DNA of 64,000 bases from positions 3,903 through 67,902 of IMG/VR virus record IMGVR_UViG_3300032083_002558, one strand, 5' to 3'. Below, piece by piece: positions 48,601 to 60,100 of this stretch; the first letter of the stretch is position 1; the number at the start of each line of letters is the position of its first letter. Below the pieces are notes generated by a model, which saw only the letters and a list, made by a program, of their open reading frames with translations, did not search any database and had not been told where the DNA came from. Position numbers and translations under genes: made by a program. Source of the DNA: a virus.

Positions 48601-50476
48601 CGGTAAATCGAATACCAGATTGTGTTATGACTGTTGTAGGATATTTACCAGTTGAATCTTTTATCGGATTAGAACCTGTTTTTGGATTGTTACTTAAAAT
48701 TGTATAGTGTGTTGAACCGTTAGCAAAATTTGTTATTTTTCCAATATCAAAATCAATAGGAACACCATCACCATTGGCTACATTGGTTGGTGCCCAATAT
48801 GACATTGATGCTTCATAAATAAATCTTCTATATTCACTTCCAGTTATAGCTGGATTTTGTATAAGTTTTTGGTGAAGAGAATCGTTAGGTAATTGAACAG
48901 GTAATCCATTGTGGGTCATATTGCTTTGAACATTATCCCATCTTAAACCAGGACCACCAAATTCACCACCCTTTGAGCTAGTAATAAATTCATCACCTTT
49001 TAATAAAAATGATAAATAAATAGAACCACTATAATTAAACAATGGTTTGTTTTGAATTAAATTTTTACCATTAAATACATCTACTCTTGTGTCATCACCC
49101 ATATTCGTTGTTGTGTGTTTATACACAACATCAAAACCATCAAATGCATTTAATTGTGTACCTTCATCACTTAGTAAGTTAACTGGTGTTGAATCAGTAT
49201 AATTTTTACCCAAACCAGGAGCTGAAGCAGTTGATTCACTCTGCCCATCATAATATAAAAATCTTTCATAAGGTGTAAACCCTTTTATTTCATCATTTAT
49301 TTTTTTAAATAAATCTGTTCTTTTCTGAACTAAGAAAGTTGAGTCACCAACTATAGCTCCCCCATTAGCTGACAATGAACTTGATATATCTGAATAATAT
49401 CCTTGAATGGTTTCTACTTTTGTTTTAAAATTTTCTAATTTCTTTTTAGCCGAACCAAAGAATGTGTGATTTTCAAAAAACCTAAAGTCTGTATTTAGAT
49501 TTGGATAATTGTATCCACTAGATGATATTAAAGTTTCAATAACACCACTATCAATAGAACCAGTTAAATCATTATAATTTTGAAATTCTACATCATTACC
49601 ATCAGGATTAATCCAATTCTCTTGTGCGTCTGATTCTAATCCATCGCCGAAGAAAACATCAGGTACTTCAGAAAAATAAAATATGTCTTGAGTTTGTGTG
49701 GTTAAAACTTCCCTCTCAATAGTGACTGGTGATGTAGTTGAAATTGTAGTTGGTATTGCATTATAAAGTTTTAATATTAAGGATTGATTATCTTTACCAT
49801 CCGTCAATGCATCAAATTGATAATTCATTATTGGAATGTGGTCACCAGTTCCAATATTTAATACATGTTTGAATTGGTAAACACCCGTATTGTCAGTAAA
49901 TTCATTTATTAATGAATCAATAAGTGGTGTTTGTAGATTCGGGCCCGCAAGTGGTGAGTCATTTGTAATAGAGGTATCTAATACTTTTAATCTAACTTCT
50001 TTTCTTGAAGTTGAAATTTGTTTAATTACAAATGGTAATAGATATTCTTCTTGTTTTAAAAAATCAATTTGGATTCTATAATTACCTTGTGGTAATTCAA
50101 ATTTGTTAAATATTTCATTTGGTTTTAAATAAACAGTTTCATCAGGATTTTTATATATTTTGAAATCATTTTGATATGGATTACTTGTGTTATTACCTGG
50201 ATAATAATCACCAATAACAATTGTATCAATTAAATTTTCTTGATTATCTGTAAATGGTGATATGTTTACTTCATATGCTGAAGTTTTTAATGTAGCAAAG
50301 AAAATAGCTTTTCCATCTATACCATTATCACTATTTGGTAAATCAACAATAGTGTTAATAGCCTCTGTTGGGTAAACAGTTAGTCTAATGTAATGTTCTT
50401 CAGTAAGAAATGCATCATCTTGAGTAACAACCAATTCTTTATCTTGTTGATTAAATTCAAATTCAAAATCTGGCAT
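45653..50476 (-). CDS. Large baseplate wedge-like protein with LamG-like domain
   Basis: LYIYKSKGTKNSVRALLNTYG (tail I/wedge-like motif); FSGSLSEIRGWSTAL (LamG-like). Confidence 0.65.
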   Translation of the reverse strand: MPDFEFEFNQQDKELVVTQDDAFLTEEHYIRLTVYPTEAINTIVDLPNSDNGIDGKAIFFATLKTSAYEVNISPFTDNQENLIDTIVIGDYYPGNNTSNPYQNDFKIYKNPDETVYLKPNEIFNKFELPQGNYRIQIDFLKQEEYLLPFVIKQISTSRKEVRLKVLDTSITNDSPLAGPNLQTPLIDSLINEFTDNTGVYQFKHVLNIGTGDHIPIMNYQFDALTDGKDNQSLILKLYNAIPTTISTTSPVTIEREVLTTQTQDIFYFSEVPDVFFGDGLESDAQENWINPDGNDVEFQNYNDLTGSIDSGVIETLISSSGYNYPNLNTDFRFFENHTFFGSAKKKLENFKTKVETIQGYYSDISSSLSANGGAIVGDSTFLVQKRTDLFKKINDEIKGFTPYERFLYYDGQSESTASAPGLGKNYTDSTPVNLLSDEGTQLNAFDGFDVVYKHTTTNMGDDTRVDVFNGKNLIQNKPLFNYSGSIYLSFLLKGDEFITSSKGGEFGGPGLRWDNVQSNMTHNGLPVQLPNDSLHQKLIQNPAITGSEYRRFIYEASMSYWAPTNVANGDGVPIDFDIGKITNFANGSTHYTILSNNPKTGSNPIKDSTGKYPTTVITQSGIRFTGSCMPAGDPFFVRWANVGSGKTTSSFITNVNVTLNNPNNVLPFDTVYKTTSNDFTTWYNALLTKAENFDIDNIHSFENNLPLYIQNSSEYNDMKDFLALQGEQYDLIRNHIDSMGTIHKRGYKKTNSPPDNTLPMLLSNMGWEAINPFSGNLTDTLGQYLTGVTSIDDIKNQTWRKTLNNLLYIYKSKGTKNSVRALLNTYGYPPDVLEFQEFGGSTEESNPRIFVNTPPSGSGIDLSLDTSTGSFSFTSKKEKLFNYNFSSVNKRILNLDWWMDSANINTFEFIYKHNNTTNTQTILKSSGSGAQTLWDLRLIPSSDGVSSSFEFRLSNSLTGSLAIASNAVSMSTNYSNMSDGQLWNVMLQRMTSSTSTNITNEYRLHSSLQEGKKIKTYNYVTMSLSGSGTAGDKNALANKNWMSSGSKHALSSSNLFVGEIFSGSLSEIRGWSTALSTSKFRQHTLNKFSTVGNTINSHKNDLVYHFKLNENYTSASISSSTQTMNIVDAAPTTTYLDYTFTKAGSTFNTGSVYGFDLIEVTKLTLQDNVSKANDNNILINPKRNVVGDLSPIQSAVKLLTRENSKPLFKTSEKLELYRSPQTFVDNFIIDNLSGFNLETLYGNPRNYYSHSYNEFDTFRDEFFEAHPISVDTNKFIRAHENMFNSSIVEGIKTVVPARSTFSDKNSNFGVEIKPTILEKQKYENEEHSVEANPNTRSGSVNPVVSSPTSEYIRPKSGSASVNVTNTSTYEQPKSGSISANVTNTTTYERPKSGSITTTPSLTDSSVPTSKDGTIDYASTANESFVDIHKNWGTSSADVQFINYFESGSEATFNTYHIDTRVIFHAVGDTEYYSASFGKASDFGNSSRFYNRLYLTDNVNGSVTYDSKKFATGAGIVTGRMMGKTRYFSTGSDGNIIFPRNHVSRYVDHYITNMNNGTKNKNPGQLNVQYEDYSTASFYRVKVTGGENELKVGSGNPTIDNNNKIIYG

Positions 50477-53400
50477 TACAATGCTCCATTTTTATTTCCA
50501 GTTTTCTTTGGAAGTTTTATTTGTGAATTTTTTATCATACTTCTATTTTTTTGATTCTTTTTAATTCTATAATCTCCAATTAATAAACCTTTATTTATCT
50601 CACCACTAGAATCATCGATAGATTTTCCAGTTAACTCACCAGTATTTAATTCTAATTTACAACTTTGTTTTAAATCATTGTCCTGATTATCACTTATAAA
50701 TATCTGTCCGATTGAACTTTCCAACGGAAAAGTTGTTTCGTCTGTATCTCCATTCCATATTTGTGAATTATATGATTCAAGTAGATACATAGGGTCATCA
50801 AAATATTGTGTATTTTTAAAATTCTCTATATTTAGTAATTGAGCCTCAATATTTATTTCCTCTACAACTACTAAACTTTTTATTTTAAATGTAGTTTTTG
50901 ATACACTATCTGATATTATTACCAATTTAGCAGGGAATATTACCTCATTATCAAAATCATCCACACCATCTTTTGCAATAAATTCAATTGTTTGAATATT
51001 ATCAGATGGATATAACTCAGTTGAGTTATCATTATACCAGGGAGCGACAACACCATCGGCACCCATTAATGTAAGACGACAACTATTGAAAGTCCCTCCA
51101 CTATCATTAAAACCTAAATCCTCATCATAACCATCAGCTCCATTTTCAAGTTTATATTCAATTTTATATGTTTTGTTAGGTTGAATTAGAGCTTCTTTAG
51201 AACTTAATCTTAAAGTTGTGTAACAATTTCTTGTTTTTATAAAACTTACACTTCCACCATCTTCAGAATTTACCACCATAAAATCATTAGGGTCTGGTTC
51301 ACCATCGTGTTGACAATTTTGATGACCTTCATTGTACACATCCCAATTTGTAATAGAATCCGTATATGTCATTTCTGCATCTTCAGTCCAATATATTTCT
51401 GTGTATTCATCTTGGTCAAAATAATTATTATCTAAGTCAACTGACTCTTGTATTAAAAATGTTTCACTTGAAAATAATCCCATATAATTAAGAAATGGAT
51501 ATGGATATAATAAGTTTTCTTTTGGTGTAATACAATTAAATCCAGAATAATATGAACCACCAGCACCCCATTGAATTTCTTCATTGAATACAGGTACTAC
51601 TTGAGTTACATCATTTACAAGATGTTTAAAATAATAATTACATGTATTTTGTGGTGTTATTTCAGTATAATCATTTAACCCTAAATCTTGGTATGTATTT
51701 CTATCACTTTCTTGTTCAGTAGCTACTGTACCATCGTCATTGAACTCAAGCCCCCAATAAGTAGCAGGACTATCACCCCCAGCTTCATTCCAGGGTAATG
51801 CCCCTCCTAATTCACCAGCCCAATAATGAACCCACCAATAGTCTGAATCAAAGTTATTTTGTTGGTGTCTTAAATAAATTTGACCAAGTAATTGTTCTTC
51901 ATCACCTGAAGCTTCATCAAATGCTTGAATTTGATTCGTATATGCAGTTATTTGATTTCCTATGTCGGGTCTTCCATATTCATTCATCCAAATCTCAACA
52001 TCAGTATCATTTAAAAAATTATCACCACTAACATTAAATTGGTCAAAGTATATAGGAAAAGGTAAGTTTTTTAAATAATCTTCTTCTAAATAAGTTGGGT
52101 TTGGATATGGAACAATTAAATTTTCTTCTGATAATCCTAGCAATTTATTCATATTATAACTACCAGTGTTAAAATATCTTACTTGTTCTAAATCCATTTG
52201 TTCTATGTTTTGACCAAGTTCATCATTTTCTTTAGCGTTTTGTAAAAGCCTTTCATCAATAATATCCGCATCACCTATTTTACCTCCACCCAATATATCA
52301 TCAATTGATTTTAAATATTTTGAATCCTTACTTACACCACCAATCACAGGTGTAGTATAAGGCCAAGGCAATGTTCTATAATCTTTTGCACCCAATTCAC
52401 CAAAGTCTTCAAATTCACTTATCGGTATATCTAAATAAATTCTTGATGTTAATAATTTATATCTTAATGGTTCAATTTTATTAAATGGTGGAATTTGAGA
52501 ATTTAAATAACTATTATCCCAACTATCATTTTTATATGGTATATAATTAAAAACAAATATTTTTATTTTTTTAATACCAGGTGTGGTATAATTATGGTTA
52601 AAAGTTTCTGAATAATCTTTAAAAATAAATGTATTGTTATCTTGAGCTGCTGTGATTTCATTAATATCAGTAGGTTTTTTATCAAATACATTTTGAACTG
52701 ATGTAAATTCATCATCTATATCATTCCAATGAACAACACAAACTTTATAATGTGGTGATATGTTTTCTGCAAAACCTTTTTCTATAAAAACACTATTGTC
52801 TTCTGCGGCTTGTTTATATTCTGCAACATCAACTCTTAAATTAACAAATGTCGGTGATGAACAAATTTGTCTATCTAAATCATTAGTTTTAAATCCTTGT
52901 AAGTTTTTATCCAATCTGTTATTGATTGTAACTTGTGAAAATGGTGTGAAGTTTTTTCTCCAAAGATAATTATTAGAAATTGCAGATGTAAAAGGTTCTT
53001 GAAAAATATTAACAGACATGAAATCTACATCAAAATTATTTTCTTTAATTGGATTTCTACCTTGCATTTTGCCGATAATTTCCTGGTCTAAATTATTAAA
53101 GTCATCAGCTGCTACACCTTGTGAAACTGTAACAGTAACTGAAAGATTTGATATATACCAAGCAGGTTTATCACATTCATCATTTGATTTGTCTGGATGG
53201 CCTTCTCTTACAAAAAGTGATGTGTCGTCAGAATTAACTACAATTGGTTCTCCTGACAACTCACCAGGTGAAGCTGGAGATGTTGATGTATTTATAAAAT
53301 CTCTTGGACGTAGTTTTAAAACATAAAATCTTCTTCTTCTACTACGACCACTTTTATTTGATTTTAACCATGTGACGATTTGTATATAATTTTCTTCAGA

Positions 53401-54141
53401 ACCAGTTTTTCCATCTTCTTGAAAAATACTTGTTAGTCTCTCTTCAGGAATTAGAATATCATCCTTCGGTTGAAAAGCACTGAAAGTATTTGTAGCTATT
53501 GAAGTATCCCAATTATCAACAGATGATGAAATAAAATTATCTAAACCTACTTTTAATCCTATTTCTGAATCATCTAAATAATCACCACTTTGTATTTGTA
53601 AATTTTCTGTTATATCTGGTGAAAGATTTTTAACAATATATTTGTCTCGTAAAAAATCAAATTTAGGATGGTCATTATTAGATATATTACCTGGTTGAAG
53701 TCTAAACCAACGCGCTGTTTCAATACCATCATCAGTTTCTGAACTTCCTTCACCACCACCAATAAAAAAATCTTCAATAGTTCTATATGCTCTTATATCA
53801 TTATTATTATCAAAACAATCAAAAGTTTTTCTATCACAAATAAAACCACGAAAATCACAATCTATGTGTTCATCACTAGTACTATTTTCTCTTACTTGTA
53901 AATCATTTATTTTTATTCCACTTACTCCAACATTTCTTAATTGATTTTGTACAATATAGTCTCTTGTGGAATCCGCAGTAACACTTGAGTGTAAACTTTT
54001 ATCTGAATATTTATCAATTGGTTTTAAAACACTATCTGATTCTTCAATAGGTTGAAAAGTATCCATATCATCATTATCATAATAATACTGACCATATGAA
54101 TATGGTGTTGGTTTATTTTTAAATTGTTGTATTTTGGCCAT
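50476..54141 (-). CDS. Large acidic virion protein, paralog of 54141-60563
   Basis: PKD-like HNYTTPGIKKI; shared blocks PVIGG, LPFP.YF..F...GRPDI, ELG......D.....Y, D.SG..NKG..I.DY. Confidence 0.6.
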   Translation of the reverse strand: MAKIQQFKNKPTPYSYGQYYYDNDDMDTFQPIEESDSVLKPIDKYSDKSLHSSVTADSTRDYIVQNQLRNVGVSGIKINDLQVRENSTSDEHIDCDFRGFICDRKTFDCFDNNNDIRAYRTIEDFFIGGGEGSSETDDGIETARWFRLQPGNISNNDHPKFDFLRDKYIVKNLSPDITENLQIQSGDYLDDSEIGLKVGLDNFISSSVDNWDTSIATNTFSAFQPKDDILIPEERLTSIFQEDGKTGSEENYIQIVTWLKSNKSGRSRRRRFYVLKLRPRDFINTSTSPASPGELSGEPIVVNSDDTSLFVREGHPDKSNDECDKPAWYISNLSVTVTVSQGVAADDFNNLDQEIIGKMQGRNPIKENNFDVDFMSVNIFQEPFTSAISNNYLWRKNFTPFSQVTINNRLDKNLQGFKTNDLDRQICSSPTFVNLRVDVAEYKQAAEDNSVFIEKGFAENISPHYKVCVVHWNDIDDEFTSVQNVFDKKPTDINEITAAQDNNTFIFKDYSETFNHNYTTPGIKKIKIFVFNYIPYKNDSWDNSYLNSQIPPFNKIEPLRYKLLTSRIYLDIPISEFEDFGELGAKDYRTLPWPYTTPVIGGVSKDSKYLKSIDDILGGGKIGDADIIDERLLQNAKENDELGQNIEQMDLEQVRYFNTGSYNMNKLLGLSEENLIVPYPNPTYLEEDYLKNLPFPIYFDQFNVSGDNFLNDTDVEIWMNEYGRPDIGNQITAYTNQIQAFDEASGDEEQLLGQIYLRHQQNNFDSDYWWVHYWAGELGGALPWNEAGGDSPATYWGLEFNDDGTVATEQESDRNTYQDLGLNDYTEITPQNTCNYYFKHLVNDVTQVVPVFNEEIQWGAGGSYYSGFNCITPKENLLYPYPFLNYMGLFSSETFLIQESVDLDNNYFDQDEYTEIYWTEDAEMTYTDSITNWDVYNEGHQNCQHDGEPDPNDFMVVNSEDGGSVSFIKTRNCYTTLRLSSKEALIQPNKTYKIEYKLENGADGYDEDLGFNDSGGTFNSCRLTLMGADGVVAPWYNDNSTELYPSDNIQTIEFIAKDGVDDFDNEVIFPAKLVIISDSVSKTTFKIKSLVVVEEINIEAQLLNIENFKNTQYFDDPMYLLESYNSQIWNGDTDETTFPLESSIGQIFISDNQDNDLKQSCKLELNTGELTGKSIDDSSGEINKGLLIGDYRIKKNQKNRSMIKNSQIKLPKKTGNKNGAL

Positions 54142-57100
54142 TAAAACGCCCCATTAGACTTTTTATGTTTCATTACAATCATATTTTTTATTTTTTTATT
54201 TTCCAATGTTTCAATATCAGACTTTGGTTTATAATCAGATATAACAAATCCTTTATTATTTTCTCCACTACCATCATTTAAAACATTTGTATCAATCATA
54301 TCTACTGATAAATTTGTTAATAAGTTTTGATTTTTTTCATACTCATCAGTTATATTTCCTTCTAATGAAAATGGAATGTTGTCATTTGGAAAATCATCTT
54401 CAATGAATTTTCCATCTAGTCCATATCTTGGTAATACAGGATAGTAATAATTATTTAACCACTCTTGTTGTGAATAAGTATCCACTACCATAGCAAAACT
54501 AACAATATTAAAACTCATAAATGGTCCAGTATAAATTACGTTGAAATCAAATTCGTCATAATTCATTGGTCCTTCTAACATAATTCCCTCACCTTTATCA
54601 AATCCTGTACATCCAAGTAATGGGTGACAAAACTCAACCGTGCCTGGTATAAATGTCATAAGATTATAATTTGTATTAGGGTATATTTTATCTATGTTGT
54701 TACAAAATGTTCCTTCTTCAGTACTATAACTACCTGGACAATTAAAACCTTCACCAGCAGCTTCAGCATATGCTTCAGCCCCATTTACATATTTACTTTG
54801 ACAATTTTCATCACCTTGTGCACATACCAATTGACCTATCACATCACCCGAAAAATATTCAGGTGATAATATTTCTTCAAATTCATAAAATGGTTTTGGG
54901 TCTATTATTGGAGATGAATTAATATTAATACCCTCTCTATTATAAATAGAGTAATCTTCAGGAATAATGTTTTTCCAATATCTTGAATTATCGGGTGTTC
55001 CAATTTGTTCTAAATCTTCTTCTTCAAATCCAAGCAATTCCCATATGGATTTTGGTGTATCATAATATTTTATACTTGTAATATCTAAATCACCAATAGA
55101 TTTACCAAGTTGTTCTTTAAGTGAACTAAATTGTTTTCCAGTATATTGTTCCGTTTGTCTTTCTATAGTTGGATTTATATAAACTTCAGGTGGATTATAA
55201 GTATCACTTTCACTTATTGTGGGTAAATTTACATTCCTCTCTTCATCAATATCAGTCACTATACAATCAAATGTTTCCCATTCACCCCCATCATCATCAA
55301 TAGCTGTACCAACTGCTTGTGTTACTGCATAATCACCACCATTGAAATCACCATCACCTCCAAAAACTGTAGCACAAGCATAAGTACTAATAGCAAGTTC
55401 AAGTAATGGTTGGTCAAAAAGTTCATAGTTAAGTGGCATAGAATTATAATCATCAAATGGTTTAACCAATGTAACATTAAAACCCATTCCTATATTCTTA
55501 ATACCAACAATTCCAATTTGAGCTCTTTCTTCTGACATGTTGTGTAATACAACTTCTGCTATATCAGGCCTTCCTTCAAAAACCCATCTATTATATGTTT
55601 CAACAGTTAATTCATTTTCATCAAGTATATCAAATTCTTGAAAGTATCTTGGAAATGGTAAAGTGGCTAAATATTCATCCGATGTATTTTCAGTTATTTC
55701 AAGTGGTGTTTGATAATAATTTAAAATATCAAATGCGCCACTGTCATTATATGAATCATCCATTTTTTGAAAAGCTAACTCTGTTTGTAATCTATCTGAT
55801 ATACGTTTATAATTAACATCCACTAATGAAGTATTTGATAAATCTTCTAAAGAATAAAACCTAATATTTTTAACTGCTAAAAATGTAAAATCTCCATCAA
55901 TATCATCATTAACATTTTTAAAATCAATAGCTCTTATTTTAATATCACCATCTTCAGTTGTAAATTGTGCTGAAACTCTTTTATGAAAATTACCATCATT
56001 ATCAATACCCAAATCTTCAATTATTGCAGAGACTTCACGATGCTCATTAGTACTATTCCAAAATGTTATATCCAATGAATCAATTGTTCCATCATGTTTT
56101 AAATCAAATGATTCCACATATGTAACACCAGGAATTACAGGAACATTATTACTCATAAGAAATTCTGTGTTTGTATTACCTGTTAATTCATTTACTCTAA
56201 GAGTTTTATACCAACCATCTTCACCACCTAATTCCACTTCTATAGCTGGTGTAGTAAAATTAGCTCCATCTGTACCGTTGTACCCGTGAAAATCTTTTGT
56301 GAGTAATTCACTTTCTACTAATAAATTATTAAATGTAGTTGTATCAATAATACCAAGATTTCTTTTTAAAGATTTATAATAAATACTTTGTTCTGAATAT
56401 CCACCTATAAGTGGTAAAGTATTTTTATATGGAATAAATGAAAAACCATCAGTTCCAAAATATGTAAAGTCTTCATCTAACCCCTCATTAATGTTAATTT
56501 TTATCCTAAATTTTTTATTATAACCAACACCTAAATTACCATTATACTCTCTATCACCAGGATTTAGTGAGTATGAGTATTCCTCAGCTACTGTTATAAA
56601 CATAGTTCCTTGTACTTCATATGTTCCAGATTTTTCATAAGTATGATAAACAGCTACATCTGTTCCTATGTTTTTTGGTTCAGTTGTAAATTCAATTGGT
56701 GAACCATCACCCCAATCCACATCAGAGATATAAAATTGTTTAAATTCAAATTCCTCTAAAAGTATTTCTCTATTTGGTGATAATGTATTGTCATATGGAA
56801 ATCTTGGATAAAAATAAAATTGTACTTCCAATGGCGCAGTTGTATCGTTAAATTCTTCTATTACTTTATCAGGATTAGTAGTTGGTTTAAATCTATCATA
56901 ATATTCTGTTAAACTTACTAATCCATAATCATTTGTTCCTTTTTTCTTTCTCACGTCAACATCTGGATGAAAATCATAAGCTTCTTTAAATTCAACATTA
57001 TCTATTAAAATCACAGAAGCATTATCTTCTAAATAAGATAAATCATCATTTGTTTCAGTATACAAATCTCCTTCAAATTTTGCATAATCTAAAGGTGTTA

Positions 57101-60100
57101 AATATAAATTTATACCTTTGTATGAATTAAGATTATTATCGGTATTAACTTCAAACACATACTCCATTTTTTGCCATTCATTTATTTTATTATTTGTAAA
57201 TGAAGCTCGTGTTTGTTTACAATATCTGTCTTCAGTCAAAATAGCAGAATAATGATTTGGATTTTTACCATATGGTGAACATTGTGAAGTTTTATATTCT
57301 TTTGTTTCTATTTTAGATTCTGCAAATGACTTATTTTGATTACTAACCTTAGAATTATCAAATTCTAAAACAGTATGTATACCTGTATTTTTTAAATCAA
57401 CTCCAACACCTAAGTCAATTGTTTTCATCATAAAAGATAATTTAAATTTTTGTTTTTTTCTTCGTGCAATTTCTGGTAAATCATCTCTATCTATAAAAGT
57501 AGTAAGACCTTGTCTTGGGTCATATCCAGATACACCATTTTGTATAAGTGGTTTCAAAGTATCAACTACAATACATTTATTATGTGAAAAACATTCTAAA
57601 TAACTCGCTCTCCAATATGGTGATATGTTATTTGAATAATGGTTTAAACTAAAGTCCGTTGCAACGCTATCAATTAAAGTCCAATTCTCAGCTTCATAAA
57701 TTTGTCCCCAACCCAAATTGTTCCAAGACGCGTCTGTATAGGTATATCCAACATCTCGTCCATTACCATTTTTAATACCATTTTTATAAACATATTGTTC
57801 AAATGATTCATCTTTATCATTAATAAAATTTTCAGATAGTTTGTTTTCACTATCATAAAAGAAAATACCTAATGATTCTTTACCATCATTGTCTGATAAA
57901 TAATATAGTTCTTGACTTGAATTTAATTTTAATATTGAATTACAAGCTTCCACACCAGTATTGAAAAATGCTTCAGTAGGGTCTTCGTAATTTATAGTTA
58001 CAGACCCATTACCTTGTATACCAGCTTGTGCCATTTCAACCGATGAACCATCTTTACACACGGCTCTCATTTTACTAAAGTTTATATTGTTATTAAGTTC
58101 AGTATTACAATCAAAAGTTCTTACATATTGTTCTTTTGTCATATCTTCTGCTTCAGTATCACCCGCATTACCATCATATGGAGCATCAAAGTAAATAGGT
58201 GGAATGTCCATACCTTTATAATAAATTCCATCACCATCCGCGTTACCACCTGGTAAAGTCATAAATTCTATATAATCACAAGCATTTAAACCATCTTCTC
58301 GTAAATCAATTCCACTCAATACATCTAATTCATTTTTCATCGTTGGTTCAATTTCTACATTTGGTATTTGAAAATCAGCAAAAAATGTTAGTGCTTCTAC
58401 CTCACCAATAAATTCATCAACTAATTGAAGATATGAACCTCTTATACCAGCACAATCCATTTCATTAAATGAAATTGGTGGTAAGGGGAATCCAATTCTT
58501 ATCAATACATCTCTGTTCAATTTTTCATCATTTATAAAAACATCTTTAATATATTCTTCACCTTCTATAGTAGCAATAATGTCGTCAACACCACTACTAT
58601 CAAGTCCAAAACCATCAGTTGGATTTGGAATTTGAGTATCTTCAGTAATAGACCTAAACCATGTTTCTATTGGGTGATTTGCAAATATGTTCATTATTAT
58701 TCTAAAGTACAATGGTTTATCAAATAAAATTTGAAATGCTTCAGTAACCAATGCATCACCACCACAAAAATCAATACCTTTGGAGTGACTGTCACCTAAT
58801 GTATATGTTTCATTATCAACTTCTGGAATGTCTCCAGAACTAAATGGTGACTTGGTAAAACCTATCCCTAAATCATAATCTTCTTTTTTTCCAGTATAAT
58901 CACCTACAACAATACCCGCATTATTTTCAATATCTTGACAACTTAATTCTCTATAAATTGGTAAATTATATAATTCAGTTCCGTCCTTATCCACACCAGT
59001 TTGAAATCTATCAAATACTTCATTAAGTACTCCAATATCATATTCAGCATCACCAAATATAACACTATCTCCATTATTTAAACCATCATTAAAATCATCC
59101 CATGTGTCTTCATCGACTACACTCGTATGAGTAATTGGTTCAAAATATCTATTCTCGTTTTCGACATCTCTATTATATTCTATAGCATTGCTTTCTGAAG
59201 AATCATCAAAATCAAACCTTGTTCTAACAAATGGATAATGGTAAAGTGATGGGGTTGTAATATCACCCTCACCTTCATCATTATAATCAAAGTTTCTAAG
59301 AATTGTATCATAATAATAATCAAAAACAATATTGTGTCCAAATCTACCATGTGTTCCTAATGAATTAACACAATGACCATCAAAGTGTACTTTTGGAATT
59401 AAATTTTGTTCATCATCAAATTCTTGAATACTACAATCTACTTGATTACATGCCTCTGCATTATAAACATTTCCTACATTAAGTTCACTATCACCATAAT
59501 ATAATTCAGTAATACTTTCCACATCACTAAATGGAAATTCACCACCGTATCTAACTGTTCCATCGTGAGTGTTTGAAAGACAACATAAAAGATTAGGAGC
59601 GTCAGAATAAGTAGTATCTACTCCACCATATGTACAACTACCATCATCTAAACATGCGTCAGCATCAGGTGGACAACCTTCATAACAAGGGGTAGGGATG
59701 TCGGGGTCATCACAATAGTAATTATCTGCACCTGGGTCAAAACAACCACGTATATAAGTATTAATACTGTCATCAGGAGTATCACCTGCATCACCACCGG
59801 AGTTATGAGTCAATATACCATTAGCGAAAAAAGTATGGTTGTCTTCAATGGTTATATCATATGTTCTAATGTATGGTTCTACAATGTGTTCAATTTCAGT
59901 AACCATTACTTCTTGTAATTCTTCACCATTGTAATGATACAATGTATCACCAACTTTTAATTGTTCGGTGTCTTTTCCTTTATTACTTTGTTTAACCCAT
60001 TTATGTAATCTATTACATCTTTCAGCATCAGCTGCTACGAATACTTTATCTTTTGACCAAAATGGATTTGCAATTGTGTTGTGAGTTTCCACACCATTGT